NCBI GenBank assembly: GCA_051362555.1
Contig: CM120645.1
Location: 868,001 to 932,000, forward strand
DNA from: Lingula anatina
Lineage: Eukaryota > Animalia > Brachiopoda
Direction of reading: 5' to 3'
DNA length: 64,000 nt
How positions within the stretch are numbered: position 1 is the first letter of the stretch; every line of letters begins with the position of its first letter. The notes under the pieces are model-generated. The model worked only from the letters and a program-made list of their open reading frames with translations. It searched no databases and was not told the origin of the DNA. Of this stretch, positions 1-14,794 are shown piece after piece. The position numbers were made by a program, and so were the translations under genes.

Positions 1-161
1 TGATCAGCGAGTCCATGGGATAGACAACAATTTTGAACACATTTTGAATTGAAAGCCAGTCCAACAAATTTTTCTTAAATGCCAGTCGAACTCCAGCAGC
101 CGTGTGTGTTTTTTAAAATTTATTTAGTTTTCAGCATGCCAGTGTTTTGATGGCATTCACA

Positions 162-270
162 TGTCACATCTAACACACTGTCACATCTAACACACTGTCA
201 CATCTAACACACTATCACACTTAACATGTTACATCTAACACATTGTCACATCTAACACATTGTCACATCT
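162..270. repeat. 17-bp minisatellite (tgtcacatctaacacac)n
   Basis: About 6 degenerate copies in the intron following srGAP exon 2. Confidence 0.85.
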
Positions 271-340
271 TGCCAACTATCACAACTAACACAATCCCCC
301 ACATATTATACTCTAACTCACACCACAAACCTCCTCTCAC

Positions 341-524
341 CTCTGTTTGTCAGCCTTGTGGCGTACCATCACTTGTTTCACCAGGCGGTCCAGATTTCGG
401 GAGTATTCCTGCTCCACCTCCGCCCTCTTCTTGAAAAAATCCTGTATCTCGGCCACCATGGCCATTTGGTTCTCCAGCCTCAAGTCCAGGCATTTTAACT
501 GTTCATTTAATTGCTGTCTGATAT
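341..524 (-). CDS. SRGAP: SLIT-ROBO Rho GAP (srGAP) coding exon 2, start of the F-BAR domain; the gene continues beyond the left edge
   Basis: CAG acceptor at 525-527 and GTGAG donor at 336-340. Translates (D)IRQQLNEQLKCLDLRLENQMAMVAEIQDFFKKRAEVEQEYSRNLDRLVKQVMVRHKADKQR, recognisably like the vertebrate srGAP N-terminus (EIRAQLxEQxKCLD...QDFFRKKAEIExxYSRNLEKL). Phase 1 matches exon 1. Confidence 0.9.
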
Positions 525-1941
525 CTGTAAGAAATACATAGCAATATGATATAATGATATCAATCTCATTTTTCTTTCTCTCTAATGGGAATCAGCTGGG
601 AATGCATTTGACACTTTATGAGGTCACATGAGACAAGAACACATCCTGACACCCTCCCCCCCCCCCCCCCCAGCCCTGCAACTGCTTTCTTTTTTCAATA
701 TCTGGACATACATCTATAGACTGAAATAAAAATTGCATGAAGGTTTTTTTTTTTTTTGGGGGGGGGGGGGGGGGGAGGGGGGAGGAATTACATCTAAATG
801 CATCATGTCAATATTCTACTTCTCGTATATTGTAAATCAATGGTCTTTCGTTTATTTATCATTTCATTATTTTTACTTTCAAATATCTTTAATTCTATCC
901 TGGGAGTAATCTAGACTTAACCACTCAAGACCTTCTCGTTGTCCTATCTGAATGAAAATCTATGATTAATTATCGATTTGTCGGTACAATTCACTGAGAG
1001 AAAAAAAAATATCAAAGCTTTAGTCAATTCTGAAAGTAAGAAGGAAGTTTGTGCCTAGATAGCAAAGAATAATTTTTTTCTAACACCACCTTCATGACTC
1101 ACTGTGTACAACGTAACTGTGGGAAAGCATATGAATTACATGGTTCAGTTGCATCAGAAATAGTATGTGACACCATAGACTATGATGTCATGGTATGTGA
1201 ACATCGTTTAGTTTTTTGGCCTAAAAAAGTTGAAATAGTTTGTTATCCTTCATGAAATGTGCACATGCTCTTCTCACCACTCAGTCCGTCTCTTTTTGTC
1301 TCCCCCTCTCTCTCTCTCTCTCGGAATGTGAATACATTACACAGTAGTAAATTAGACTAAACATATTCATGATGTGCTACATCTTAATTTCCATTTCTAT
1401 TCCACTGAAAGCCACAAATGTGCTCTTAGCTCTAACCACAAAAACATTTCTCAAACAAAGGGCCAATTCTAATGTCATTTAAATAATAAACTAATTGCAC
1501 ATCATATAAAGGTTGCCAAGCAGCTGTTATAGTTCAAGGTCTGCAATTTCAGACTCATTTCATCCACTTTCCAGATAGAAAACAAAAGGCCTGTTTCCAC
1601 TGTTCAAATTGGTGCAACCTTGGTTCGAACATGGACTGACACAACTTGGCAACAAGACTTGCGTTTAACTTGAAAAGGAACAGGTTCACTGCATTAACCT
1701 GCACAGAGATATTTATAGATACCAAAAAGTGACACACAAAATATGATCCTACAAAATGTAAAAATAATTTGTTTTAAACCACTACCATTATAAATCTTTT
1801 TTAAAAACCACTCCAGAGTTACTTTGCTAGTACACTGGTCTGTGATTTCTGGGTTTTAAGTTGTGACCAACTTTTGAGAAAAGGAATTAATATCATAAAA
1901 CTAGCCATAGGTTACTGTGAACAGAACATCTGGACACCTAC

Positions 1942-2017
1942 CTATCAACAGTGGCGTGTAAAATGTAAAATCCTCTTCTGAGAAAGTGCAGCGCCAGAGA
2001 AAACTTCCTCTTGGCAT
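1942..2017 (-). CDS. candidate alternative first coding exon of srGAP
   Basis: ATG-started MPRGSFLWRCTFSEEDFTFYTPLLI followed by G|GTAGGT, 76 nt, phase 1. Confidence 0.3.
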
Positions 2018-5000
2018 CCTGGCTTATTATTATTATTATTATATTTTTCAGAAAAAAAAACTCTAGCTTTACAATACTGTTAGTTTCAGTCCACTAGACA
2101 CTAATTCCAGGATAAAACCTTCAACAGTCTGACAAAGTTTTCCACAGATTATCTTAACAATCCAAATTCCACAGACATACACATCTCTCCATTCACATTT
2201 CATCAAATCTTGGCTCCAATTTGATAAAGTATCATAATCCGCACATGGACACTGTTTGTTTTGAGTAAGGATAATTCAGGTCAATAAAAGTGGTCCACAA
2301 TTTCTTCCTGGCGAGCTGGTTGTCCTTGTCAAAGTTTCCTCTCCTTGGTGTGCTGTCACTGTGTTCTTCACCCAGTTATGACATTATAACACCGCAGTTT
2401 CCCTTTACTTCAAAATAATTAGATTTCAGCGACTTCACACGAGTATCACACACATTTTGTACCCAGTATCTCACATTTTGTGCCGTTACTCCATTATTAT
2501 TACAGCGCGGGGACCTAATACACATAATCCTTTGTACAAATGACAGCAATTAAGTAACAGGGCGTGCAGGGCAATACAGCTCATATCCAGTCTCAAATAA
2601 CAGCTCCTGTATGTACTAGTATACATCTACTGGGACATCTATCAATATACCCAATGTGGCCTATATCATATGTGATTTTTTTGTCAAAAACATCAGCCAA
2701 GAAATAAACTGTTGAGCCACAGGTGTCTCTCCAGTGATCTTTCAGTGCATAAACATGCTTCATTCTTCCATAATTAAGTTGTTGTCTTTTTCCAACAGAT
2801 AAATCCAGATGGTTATATCTCTATTAAAGATTGGGAATGGCATATACTGCCTCTATAAAGTTGAACTGTTCTTTCCCACCTGTTAGAGAGGGAACAAGTC
2901 AAAGATAGTCCTCTCAGTGCCTCCGCCAGTAGGGAGTTAACAACCTAGCCCCTCTCTTTAACACCTTTGGTGGGATATACAGCTGGGATTTAGGGACACC
3001 GTTACATAATAACTCATTAAGTTTAACAGTACCCTTAATTGCCTTGTGTAATAATAGTCAGTCTTGATTAAAACCCCAGGTGAGTGATTCTTGAACACTG
3101 ACAGTTTCTTGATTTATGATCCTCAGGGTTATAGCTTAGATACAAGGTGTGAGAGTGACCTCCGACGGCAATGTGATCCAGGTACAGCATTCTTTCCAGG
3201 GAAAATAAAATCCACCACACTTGGAATACTCAAGAATAATTATCCTCTCTTGTCAAACCGTGATAAATGGAAAATAACTTTATTCAAAGTAATGCTTTAC
3301 CCTCTTGAAGTTATTCTGCAATATGTTAATAGTGAAGTCTGGGAACACTCTCTCAGACAGCTGAAGTACTTTTTTTCTTTTACTTTTCCAACTTCTTAAA
3401 TCCTGCCACTTGTCACTTAGGATGTTAAGCACATTACGGAATTTATTGTAAAAGCACTCTTGAATTGTTTTATAAATATTCTGCTAAGAACAGAGCAATA
3501 AACAACAAGGTCCATGCTGCGGAAAAATTCTACATAAATGATCTCTCCCTGTGGTGAGTCTTGTTGGGCATCCCTTTCCCCCTAATTTGTAGCGTTTTAA
3601 GTGGCCTATATATAGCCACACACATGATAGGTTATATACAAATCCATGGGCTTCTCTCTCTCAGGTTATTACACTTCTAACAAAACCAGAGGCTGAAACT
3701 GTTCAATCTTTTTTTTTTTTTGCCTAGTTCAGCCTTGGTACTTTTGTTCTTGAAAAGAAAAAAGCACTGAAATCTCTCATGGCATATACAGAACAGCCGA
3801 CAGAACAACCCAATCTTAGCTGTCCCTGATTTCTTAAGTAAGTCTCCTGCCTTAAAATGTCACTTGAGAGATTTGAAGTCCAAGTCACAAACTACAGACA
3901 TGCTTGCTGCGATGTTTCCAGAACTGTCACCAGCAATTTCTGTCTCCTATGTAGACCTTATGTCGTAGCACCGACTTCTAAAACAGCACAGTGCTGTGAA
4001 TCTCCACTATAACCTTTCCTCATCTAAAGGTCCTGTTGATGTAAACTTTAGTCCACCTCCTTTTCTTTCATCACTAACAAACTTTAACTAACTTGGATGT
4101 TCTCCAAACTGTGCCAAGCACTCTGTCACCCCCAATGGAGTGGTCTGCCACTCTCACCCCCTCTGGTGGGAAAAAAAAACTGTCGCAAAAGGGAAATTAT
4201 AACAACTGCCAAGTGACACTACAAGGAAAAATATAAATTTCTATTTTGTCCTAAGCTTTGGCTCAAAAATCCATGTTAGAATACTTTTCTGCATCCTGTT
4301 TAGAATACTATTCAGCATCCTGTTTTCCAGTTCTGAGTTAAATTTTTTCACTGTTTTAATCCTTTTGTCTTGGGCAATATGAGTGCAACAGAACCATAAA
4401 CTTTTGATGAGCCCAGTGTCCCCAAAAAGTCAACAAGTCACCAGTGTCTCCAACATTAAGTATAATTCAGTGAGCGTTGAGCGACCAGCTGACAGCATAT
4501 TTCACTGACCACAAACAAAGTTTAAAAAGTTTTTCAATATCTCAGTCACACTATTTTCTCTTCTCTTCTGAACTTCACTCCACACTCAGAGCACGTCCAA
4601 TTCACCGACAGCTGCAAGAACTTGTATCTGTCAGTAACACAACACAGAGATATTCACAGAGCTCCAAAACTGCTGCAAACAAGTGTCCATGAAAAGAAAA
4701 GTGTGAGTATGAAGATCACAACTCTACCACCGACTACAACTCCCAGCAAACTGTCTACAAGTGCAATGATCAGTTACAGACTGATACGCGTTAACCCGAA
4801 ACCATTTTTCCCCTGTTAAGTACATTCATAAAAGGAGTTAACTAAATTGCATTGGTAGATTACAAGTCGATCTGTGATCCCGTTGTGTAATTTCCACTGA
4901 TGTCATTTGTCACGTATTCTGGAGCACACTTCTCCCTTTGTTACTCTGGACAGCCTCTACACTGTTACTGTTACGCTGAATACATTAAGATACAATGGAT

Positions 5001-8000
5001 GCCAAATGTCACACTAACAGACTTAAACAGTTATCATTTAACTCGCTGATACCAGTAAGTTGATTTCAACATGTTAAAAATTGCTTCCAGGTAGAGTTTA
5101 ATGCCATCATGAAAGTGGAGCTAGGTGAGTTCCACAATGAAGGGGACAACTTTGTCAAGTGTATGATAAAATGGGAGGGGGGGGGGTGTCTTTGGTACTT
5201 TCTTTGAACACTGGAGGCACGTTTTCATATTAAGCTAAAAATACTTTCTTATAACTTCATGTTAATCGCAAGTCCACATGGTTTACACTCTAGCACCCAA
5301 GTGTCAAGGGAAAAACCCTTCCACAGTCCTGCAGTTATATGCCATAGGCATGGCTGTCTCCATGGTTACACATAAACTGTCTAGAAATCACTGGTGAACA
5401 GTGAATGCACCTCTGCCTTGGATGACAAGTGAACCCTCTGGGTTTTTACTGCATTGAAAAATATTTCTCAAGGTTCAATTGCTGCCTGTCCTATAGATAA
5501 AGCATCCCAATCCTGCTTTTCTTCACTGCCTTGTGCCTCCGTTAAAATCCCTTCCACATGTGACACTTGTTTTTTTCACAACAGGACTGTCACCCCACAG
5601 TGACACTTGCCATTAACACGGAAAAACTCTGCCTTGCTTGTGAGAGAGCTGCAGAATCAACAGGCAGTTGTCTAAAGCTTCCAAAAAGCAGTGTGTGTCA
5701 CAGTATTGTATGACAAAAAAACTTCTCAATTCTCACACCTCTTTATCATAGCACTTGTTGGAAAGCTATCAAGTCCCGATTTCTTCACCCCCCTGTTGCT
5801 GGGATGGGATGTGAGGTATTTCCTTCTCTGAAGGTCCGTTTTTTCCAGAGCCACGAAGAGATTGTTTTCACTTGATAGTCACATATATATTTCTCTGATT
5901 AATTCTCTGCACATTTCTGTACTGCTCAGTAAGAATACTTGTACAAAACTTCAGCTATCATCACCCATGCAGATGGACTCTGATGGCAAGTAGTTTGTCC
6001 CCACAATACAGATCTACTTGTATAAAGTTTGACCGTGGGATCTCACTGCCCAGACAAGCAGGCAGACTGGCGTGTGTGTTTCTTTCCCCACTCTCTCTCT
6101 CCTCTTATAATCCATACATTCATAAGTTCGCAGCTGTCGCTCCCTGGACGGTGTTTGAATTGAATGCAAAGGTCCAGTGAATCATGATCAACATATCTTG
6201 ATCCATACATCGCCTCTAGGAACGTGTGGTTCAGAAATGGGGGAAGGAGTATTGAATTTCTGAATTTTTTTTTTTTTTTTTTTTTTTTTGACAGCATTTT
6301 TGGATTGGTGCTGAGATGTAGTGGCTTATTACAGGGGTATAAGAAGTATATTATCACTATATAATTATGTAACATAATATTAGATTCCATTTTATATGAA
6401 ATAAGTGTAATCATAATATCAAAAAGTTAACAAAGACTCTCTTATTGCTACATATTGGCAGTTTTAAAGCAATCTAAAGGTTATTTTTTTATCCCTTCCT
6501 CCCCTCTCGGTAAGTTGACTACTGGTATGTCCCTGGTTTTGAAGGAACATTGAATGTCATATTCTAACGCCTGTCAGGCATTCCACAAAGACCACTACAT
6601 ATCTGTCACCAGAGTTGACATCACCCTGCTAGCACCTCTGGCATCTCACTAAGCCTGTCTCCCGGTCATCTGTCTTCACCCCTGACAAACTTGGACAATT
6701 TATCAAGTCATTTGTCATTGAAAACAGCTCCCAGTAATTAACTGACTGTGGTTTCATTCACATTGTTTTAGGAGTATTTCTTGTTTCAGAACCAAGCAAT
6801 TTCTCGGCTGAAATATGCCAAATGAGAACAGACTGCAAAATATCATACATTAGGCGTATGTAGTGCTCCTATTTTGTTCTCCTTCATTTTGTGATTGTTT
6901 CTATTCATAACGCAGGAACTCATTAGTCAGAGGACCTAAGTATACCTGTTGCTAGTTCAACTTCATTTCCCTGCTTAATGGAAAATGAATGGCATGAATC
7001 ACATGATGTCAATTTGTATTTTTGGTGTCCTTAGTACAATCAAAACTCCGTACTAGATTATAAGTCTGTAGAAAATATTAGATATAAGTTGAGATATATA
7101 TATAAACTTTTCATATTTTTCTTTGTGATGAGGACAATGCATTGCCTGTTTTAAAAACCGTGCTATTTGTAAAGTTAATACACTAATCTCAGCCACAGCA
7201 CTGTTTGCAATATGAACATCAACGGCTAAAAAAATTCACTCTTGTTTTCTCCCCTCCTGCTTCAATTATAAGGCCTATTCACCAACACATGGCTCTGTCA
7301 TTACAATAAATGTCTGTCATCAATCAACAGCAGCATTTCTGTGTTACTTTACAAACCTTCTCACACATACTAGTACACTGGAGTGCTCGGCTCTAAGAAA
7401 GAACCCAAAGACGAGAGAAGTTTGCATGCACGCACATACATTTAAAAGCAAGAATGCTTTATCATGCAATATGATAAATCGTTTTGACTTACTTGTACTA
7501 TTTTATTCTATTTTGGATAAGTTGTAAGTTATTGTTGGTTCGTTGGTCTCAAGTATTTCCCTTCAGATAATTTTGCTTCAACAATTGGCAATTTTGTTCA
7601 AAAATTTAGATATATACATGCATGCAAACCCGCACGTGTATGAGTCATTTACACAAAATATATAACAAGCTATCACTCCCAAAAAAGTCCTAAACCCATA
7701 AGAGTTCTAAAAAAAGTTCTAAATTGAAAACATAAATAGTGGTTTGCCTTTGATTCTGCTGCATACCACTGTTCAATCTCAATATAGGAAAATAAAGTGA
7801 AAGTGGTTCAATTTGTCCTGCAGTGAAATCCGATAAAGTCTTTGAAGGCAACACACTGGGGCAGCTGTCCACAGAAAATAAGACAATACCGCTTCAAAGA
7901 GACTGGGGTTAAACAGATAATATGTGCAGAAAGGGGTTAAGTTCAGGACAAAAAGGGGGGTGGGGTTCATCAAATTATGATATGTAGAAAAATTGAGTGA

Positions 8001-8517
8001 AATCAAATCAAGCACACAATGAAGCACATACTGATCACTTTACCCCTCCCCCCCAATTCTCAATCTCCCATACATGTACTCCCTATTTAACTCAGTATTT
8101 TATCTCCTGTCCTCAATACCATTTGCTTTCATAAGCTCTCCCCCCCCCCACACACAAACATAAACTCCTTCACCAAATCCATCTATTTCTTACACACACC
8201 CACACAAACACCAAAACACACACATCTATGACCCTGAATATTCTCTCTATTCCCCCCCCCCCCCAAGGACACACTCCATATTAAAACGCACACACACACA
8301 CACCTATATCCCTATATATATATATTCTTCCCCCCCCCTCCCCCCCCCCCCCCCCCCCCCCCCCAAATCAATAATTCCCATCTTAGCATTAAGTACACAT
8401 TTGTCTATATCCCAGTAGTTAACAACAAACATGGACATTAAGGAGCTGATCATTGACTGGCTGTGATGGGGCTGCCAATAATACAGAACTCACTGTCCAC
8501 TGAACCACTCATACATT

Positions 8518-8673
8518 GGCTGCTTTCACAACAGTGGACTAACTAGTCCGTGGGCCAAATTAGGTAACCGACAAAAAAGCTTGCCCTCTAATCTGCTAAT
8601 GGACACTGAATAGATTCCCCGTGGGGAAGTATTTGACCCGTGGACTAGTTAGTCCGCAGTTCTGAATGTGGTC
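8518..8673. mobile_element. MITE family B copy
   Basis: Inverted arms ggactaactagtcc / ggactagttagtcc and termini GGCTGC.TTCACAAC / GTTCTGAATGTG, shared with 50048-50251. Confidence 0.7.
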
Positions 8674-10648
8674 AATGAAGCCTTGTGTGTGTCAGACATA
8701 TGTAGTGGCTGTAAAAACCCTATCCATCATATAACCCAGTCTACATACAGCAAGGAACAGGGTTTTATGGCACTCTTTAAATATTTCTTATGATAGTATA
8801 TTAGAATCATGTTCATGTGGACTGCCTGTCTATTCAAATCACCCAATATTTTAAAAAGCCCTATAGTACTCTAAAAATAAGTTTTTTTCCTATCATACTT
8901 TTTTCCTCTTTTTTTACAAGTACCTCAATGTTCCAAATCTTGGAAACATAATATTATGATATGAGGTAATAATGAGGGGGTACAGGATAAAATGAAGGAT
9001 ATCATGAAGAACCATTCCGTTCCATTTTTTCCCTTGAGTGAACACACCTAGGCCCTCACCTCTCCAGGGAAGTACACATGTCAGGATTGAACACGGGTCA
9101 GTTTCACCCAGTGTAAATAATAAACAGACATCTTCACCTGGTAGTACTAGTACTTCAGCCTGGTATGCCACTACTGCTGGCTGTAGAACCAAGGTGCAGG
9201 TACCCTATGTAGGTGTATAGTCTACAACTATATGTATAAAACACAACCTGCTGGACTGCTAGAAAGGACTATTTTGCTATATACCTTTAAATACCTCCAA
9301 TGACACACATACATGCATGTGCGCACACTCATACACACACACACACACACAAGAAAAAAAAACATGATGAAAACTTTTTAAAACGTTGGATGCTTGGATC
9401 GACAGTAATGGTAAATTTCCAGGCCAAAGAACTGCAAGCCCAAAATGGAAGAGCTTCACTGAAACCAACTGAACACAATTTTGTAGCTTCTTAATTTAAG
9501 TTGTATTGGTCTTGGCTGATAGGACTGCCACCATGCCTCATATATCTGACATATTCTTACCTTTCAAGTCACTCCATCCCATTTCCCTTTCTCTCTCTCT
9601 CTCTCTCTCTCTCCCCCCACACACACACTTTCATTTTCTTATCAATTTCTTTCTCTTTAACTTCAAGCTACATTTTCCTACCCTCCGTCCTTCTCTCCCC
9701 TTCATTTCTCTGCACACTGTTATCATGGTTCCTGACAAATTCCTGACTAACTAACCACATAAAGTAGAGGAAGAACTGAGGAAGGCTATCTAGGAGATAA
9801 TCTACAGCCTAGAGAACATCATGGTTAGCCAGACTCAGTTAGCCTGCTACTTACCTTTCATCTATCTCTGGTTTACTACGACAACCTTTGCACCTAAAGT
9901 TTATCGCATTCATCTTGTGTGGGAGAATGTGCGTGCATGCACACTTTTATGCCTGTGTGCCTTTTCTGCTTTTCATTTCTTTTATACATGATACATGATT
10001 TTACTGAATGGTGTAACTTACCAAAACAGCCATTCCATATTATGTTTCTGACATGTTTCTGAGCACAAGTATTTATAGCAAGAGTGTCAGAAAAAAAAAT
10101 GGCAAAAAAAAAAAACAATAAAATAAATAAATAATAATAACAATAAAATTATACCAAAAAATTACAATAAAGACATCAATAAAACAAGAGGCCAATATTC
10201 ATCTGTTGACCTATTAATCAACATATCTGTTCACCACAATCATCAGGTTGACATTATGACTATGGTGCATGTCTACATTATAATCTGATGTGAGTGAGCT
10301 ATTAGAGCTAGACTACATTCCACAGGATTAAGTCATTAAGTTCTGTGGTCAATGACAGCACTGTTATAGGGACCATTCCCAGATCCTATCATACTAACTG
10401 TGGATCAATCTATCTACTAGTATTCTCGCTAATTAAATTGCAATCAACTTAAGCAGCTTAGATGTCTGCCATGTCTACTGACGCTGTAAGGGGGGGTAAT
10501 TAATTGACCCCACTTTAATGACTGGTTTTAGATGTCTATATCATATGTACAGGTGATCTGACTTGATGAGTGCATTAAGTTGCAGGGGGGGGGGGGGAGA
10601 GCATCCAGATAAATTTGCAACAAAATCTTTCATTTAGCAAACTCTGAT

Positions 10649-10777
<129 letters not shown>

Positions 10778-11065
10778 CACAATGCATAGTTAAGGCAAGT
10801 AATATAAGATCTGGCTGACTGTAGCTTCCTAAGTTACAGTGCTAAGAGTGTCTCCCTACATTTACCAACACACAACTAGAGCCGATACTGCAAACATTGG
10901 GTTAATAACAACAAACGCTCTCAGCAGTCATTGCATGAAAATTCGACCTTGCTGACAAACTGCACACAAAGTACTCTAGCCAGACGGTCAAATAATGTCC
11001 AGTCTAATCCTTGGCTATGTCCACTGACATGACTGGACGTCACTTAATGGCATGTTTACACTTTC

Positions 11066-11284
11066 ACCCCATTTCCATAGATTTTTAGATCGATCTATCC
11101 CTGTGGGGAGTCTCACTAGATTACTGTCAGCTTGGCCGGCTTAAGCTCCTGTCCTGCCTACTAAAAGCTGTAAGGGGGTAATTAACTATGGTGCCCGCTC
11201 GGCTGACTGCAATTTAGCCTGAACCCCCAGGGAGTTAGGTAGATCTAAAACTTAATCTCGATCTAAATCTCTGGGAAAGCACCC
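11066..11284 (+). mobile_element. MITE family A copy (PIF/Harbinger-like)
   Basis: Near-identical to 62369-62593 (ccccatttccatagatttttagatcgatcta...gggagtctcactagattac...aaatctctgggaaa). Confidence 0.8.
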
Positions 11285-12433
11285 TTTGTCATATGAGATC
11301 AGTATGTTCTAACATGGTACAAAAGGAAAATGGGTTGGTGAATTTCTTTACTACATGTGTAGTACAGTGTCGTGTGTGCAAACATATGAGAGAAGGAGAA
11401 GGAGTGGTCCCATCTCTGGTATATTCAAACCCCATACATAATATATTCATGTCTTCCTGACTCTAACCACTCTAGTTTAAATCCTGCTTCAGTTAAAAGA
11501 GATATAATTTTGTGTCGAGAGAAAAAATGTAGGAAGAAATCACCCAGTGCACTGAGGACTGATATATGGAGCAGCTTAAATGGGAAAACTACTAATAGTA
11601 TTAAATTAGCCAGAGAGACACTATTTCTAAGAACTGCTGATCAACATTTATGATACAAACTAATGTGACTTATTCATGAATGAAAATCTATAGCACAGTC
11701 GGACTACAGAATGCCCAACTCAAGCATCTAGACAAAGGTTAATCCTACCATCACCAGATTAAATCAGTGGAAAAGACCAGCACTGGGCATTAGATGAAAT
11801 GTTTCTTAAGTAAAAATCTATAACGTACCAGTGGTACCAAATCTAAACAATATAAAGATAACACACACAAACACAAACATACACATAGACACGCACGCAC
11901 GCACACACACACGCAGGCATCATATTATAACTAAGACACATAATGAATTTGTCTTTAACAAGATTTCAATACATGCAAATGAAATCAACATTTATCATCT
12001 TCCCTGAACCAGCCCTAAGTAAAAATCTATACTCTGAAATTCACAGGCTCTCTCCTCGTCCAAGAGAAACCGCAGGAAGAATATTGTCATCGTTATGGAG
12101 GAATCAATATTTGCCCCTTACAATTAGAAGGTCTGGAGATAATGAAGAGGTGTTGTAGTGTTCCACAGAGTTGGTGGCTGGATAGGAGATCAGAGAGAAC
12201 TGTGGCTGGCTGAGCAGTGACGATTTGGAACACACTGAACCATGTGTAGATTAGAAAGAGCACATGTCATTGTAATATATGCCTTCAGTGCTTGGTGAAC
12301 TTACTAGCACTGTTGTTATTATTATGTAATTCAGACACAAACAAGCCTAATGCAGAGTTGTGAATTTGAAAGAATGGGAAACTCTAAATCTATGGAATAT
12401 ATAACATATTTTAGTCACAGTTCATAAGTTGGG

Positions 12434-12527
<94 letters not shown>

Positions 12528-14688
12528 ATATGGACTGCAGTGGTCACTGGGTCAGTTATGTGATGTATTGATTATGTAAACAAACAGATGGACATCATTA
12601 TTTCCATGTCAAAGTCTTCAGCTGTCAAATACTAACTGGAGGATATAAATATGTCAGAGTTTGAAATATTAGCAAACAGATAAGCACTGGATTCATCTTA
12701 CACCATTCAAAAACATACATACAGCAAATAAACTAAAATGGATCATGTTCATTCAACAGTTTTCCCAATCATCCTATTGATGAACCCCCCCACCATTTCT
12801 CCTTGGTACATTGTACTCAATCATAAGAACAGATATATATTTTGAAGAGACTGAATGAAAAACATCTAATCTTATTTGACAAGTATCAATATCTGTGTTA
12901 AAGCCACAATGGTATATCTACCAATGGTAAGTTATAATGTATGAATCAAAACTACATTTCAGTATAATGTGTCTTACATGAGCAAGCACTTCTTTATTAA
13001 AATAAATAAATATTCACCCATAATAATGTAATGAGTCTGTATTCTAAACATTTGACAAAAAGTTATCCAAAATGATTCTACAAATTAACCACTTCCAGAC
13101 TACCAGACAGATAATAACCACAGTAAAAAACCCATTTTTCCCCATCAATATTTATTTGCCATTTGATCAAATCTCCATTCAGCATTTCATCAGCAAATTT
13201 ACCTCATCAGTACTGGTTTTGAGGGGGAATGATAAGCTCTCTTGGGTATTGAACTTAGGATAAAGGTGACTGGATGAAAATGGCAATTTTCATCAAACAT
13301 TCTAATTACCCAGGCTTTGAATAAATAAAGACTGACTGTCAGAGCTACACTTAGATAAGTAGCAAAATAAAACAAATGTTTTTCACATAACCTACATACC
13401 ATTATGCTGACACGAGTCAGCTATCATCATATGACAAATGTCATAAATAATAAATTTGAAGTGAACAAGTCAAAAAGTGTACGGTACTTAATAAGAGTTT
13501 TCAAGCAGACTATATTTATTTTTATAACTAATTTAACAGTAACTGAAACTAAATAATTTTAGTGATGAAATCAATGTTCTTAGAAACAATACATTTCTTA
13601 CCTTCCTAACAAAATGTCTCTATGAGAAATTTGTAAAAACTATCAAGTTTGTTTGAAAACATTGCTACCTCTTTGCACATATTAAGTGGTTTGTTTCTAA
13701 ATGTATCAACATAACTGTCTATTATAAAAAAGTGTTTGTGCATACGTGTACCGTGTAAGCATGTGCATGCATGCATTAAGGACCAATGTTGCATATTCAA
13801 TTGTACTCCAAACCCTAGACATCGTTTCAGTTAAACACGAGTACTGAAGCAGAAAAATGATGATAATCTAAACATCCATGCTCTGTCAATAATACCTGTT
13901 TGTTTCTTCCAGTTCTGTACAAAGAGGCAGGTTTATTAATGAAGTAGATCTATATTTGACCACAACTAACTCTTTGTATTAAATAAGCAGTCCTTGTATA
14001 TATCTTAAATCTCAAAACATCTTCATTATAAGAGACATGAACAGGGACACAGGCCTCCGACATAAATCAATGCCTAAGTGACAGAGCTATTTTCATGTCT
14101 AAAAAAGAGGGTTTTTAATCAATAAACATAAGCAGATGTCGCATACAGCAAGCAAATATGTTTGAATTAATCAGTGTAGAAATTGTGTAACAGTATCACC
14201 TTAATGGTTTCATTTTTAGTTTAATTATAAAGCAGAGAATTAACATGAATTCTAGACAACACAGAAAAAAGTGCCAGCATGAAAATTCTCGTGCTCCTAA
14301 AGCAAGCCATACAGGCTAAATCGATAACCAGTTCAAATGTAATACTTCATCACCAGACAGACTGATCACTGGTGTAATTGACGATTTTCGAGGAACAAAA
14401 CAGAGCTGTACATAAATCATCTCATTTGTCTCTTTGCCATTCAACGTATACAAGTACTAAACACACCAGCGAAGGCGATACAGACTGACGACATCCATTA
14501 TATATGTGTCATATACACATATGCCTGTACAATGACACTGACAGTTGTTCATGCATGACGCTATTAGACACCTACAGTGTAGTTTACCATATAAAAGAGG
14601 AAAACATGCCTGAAACCATGACCACTTAATCCACATCTCAGACACCTCCAGATATTCCTATGATGGAAAAAAAACAACACACACTTAC

Positions 14689-14794
14689 GTGTGGCGAGGT
14701 CTTGTTTTTGTGTGCGAGTGCGTTTGGACACGCGTAGGGACGTGTTGCGCGCGAGTCCCTTAGGCCTGCTAATTTCGATGCTACCACCCTCCAT
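14689..14794 (-). CDS. candidate alternative first coding exon of srGAP
   Basis: ATG-started MEGGSIEISRPKGLARNTSLRVSKRTRTQKQDLAT followed by C|GTAAGT, 106 nt, phase 1 (in frame with exon 2); locally CpG-rich. Confidence 0.5.
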
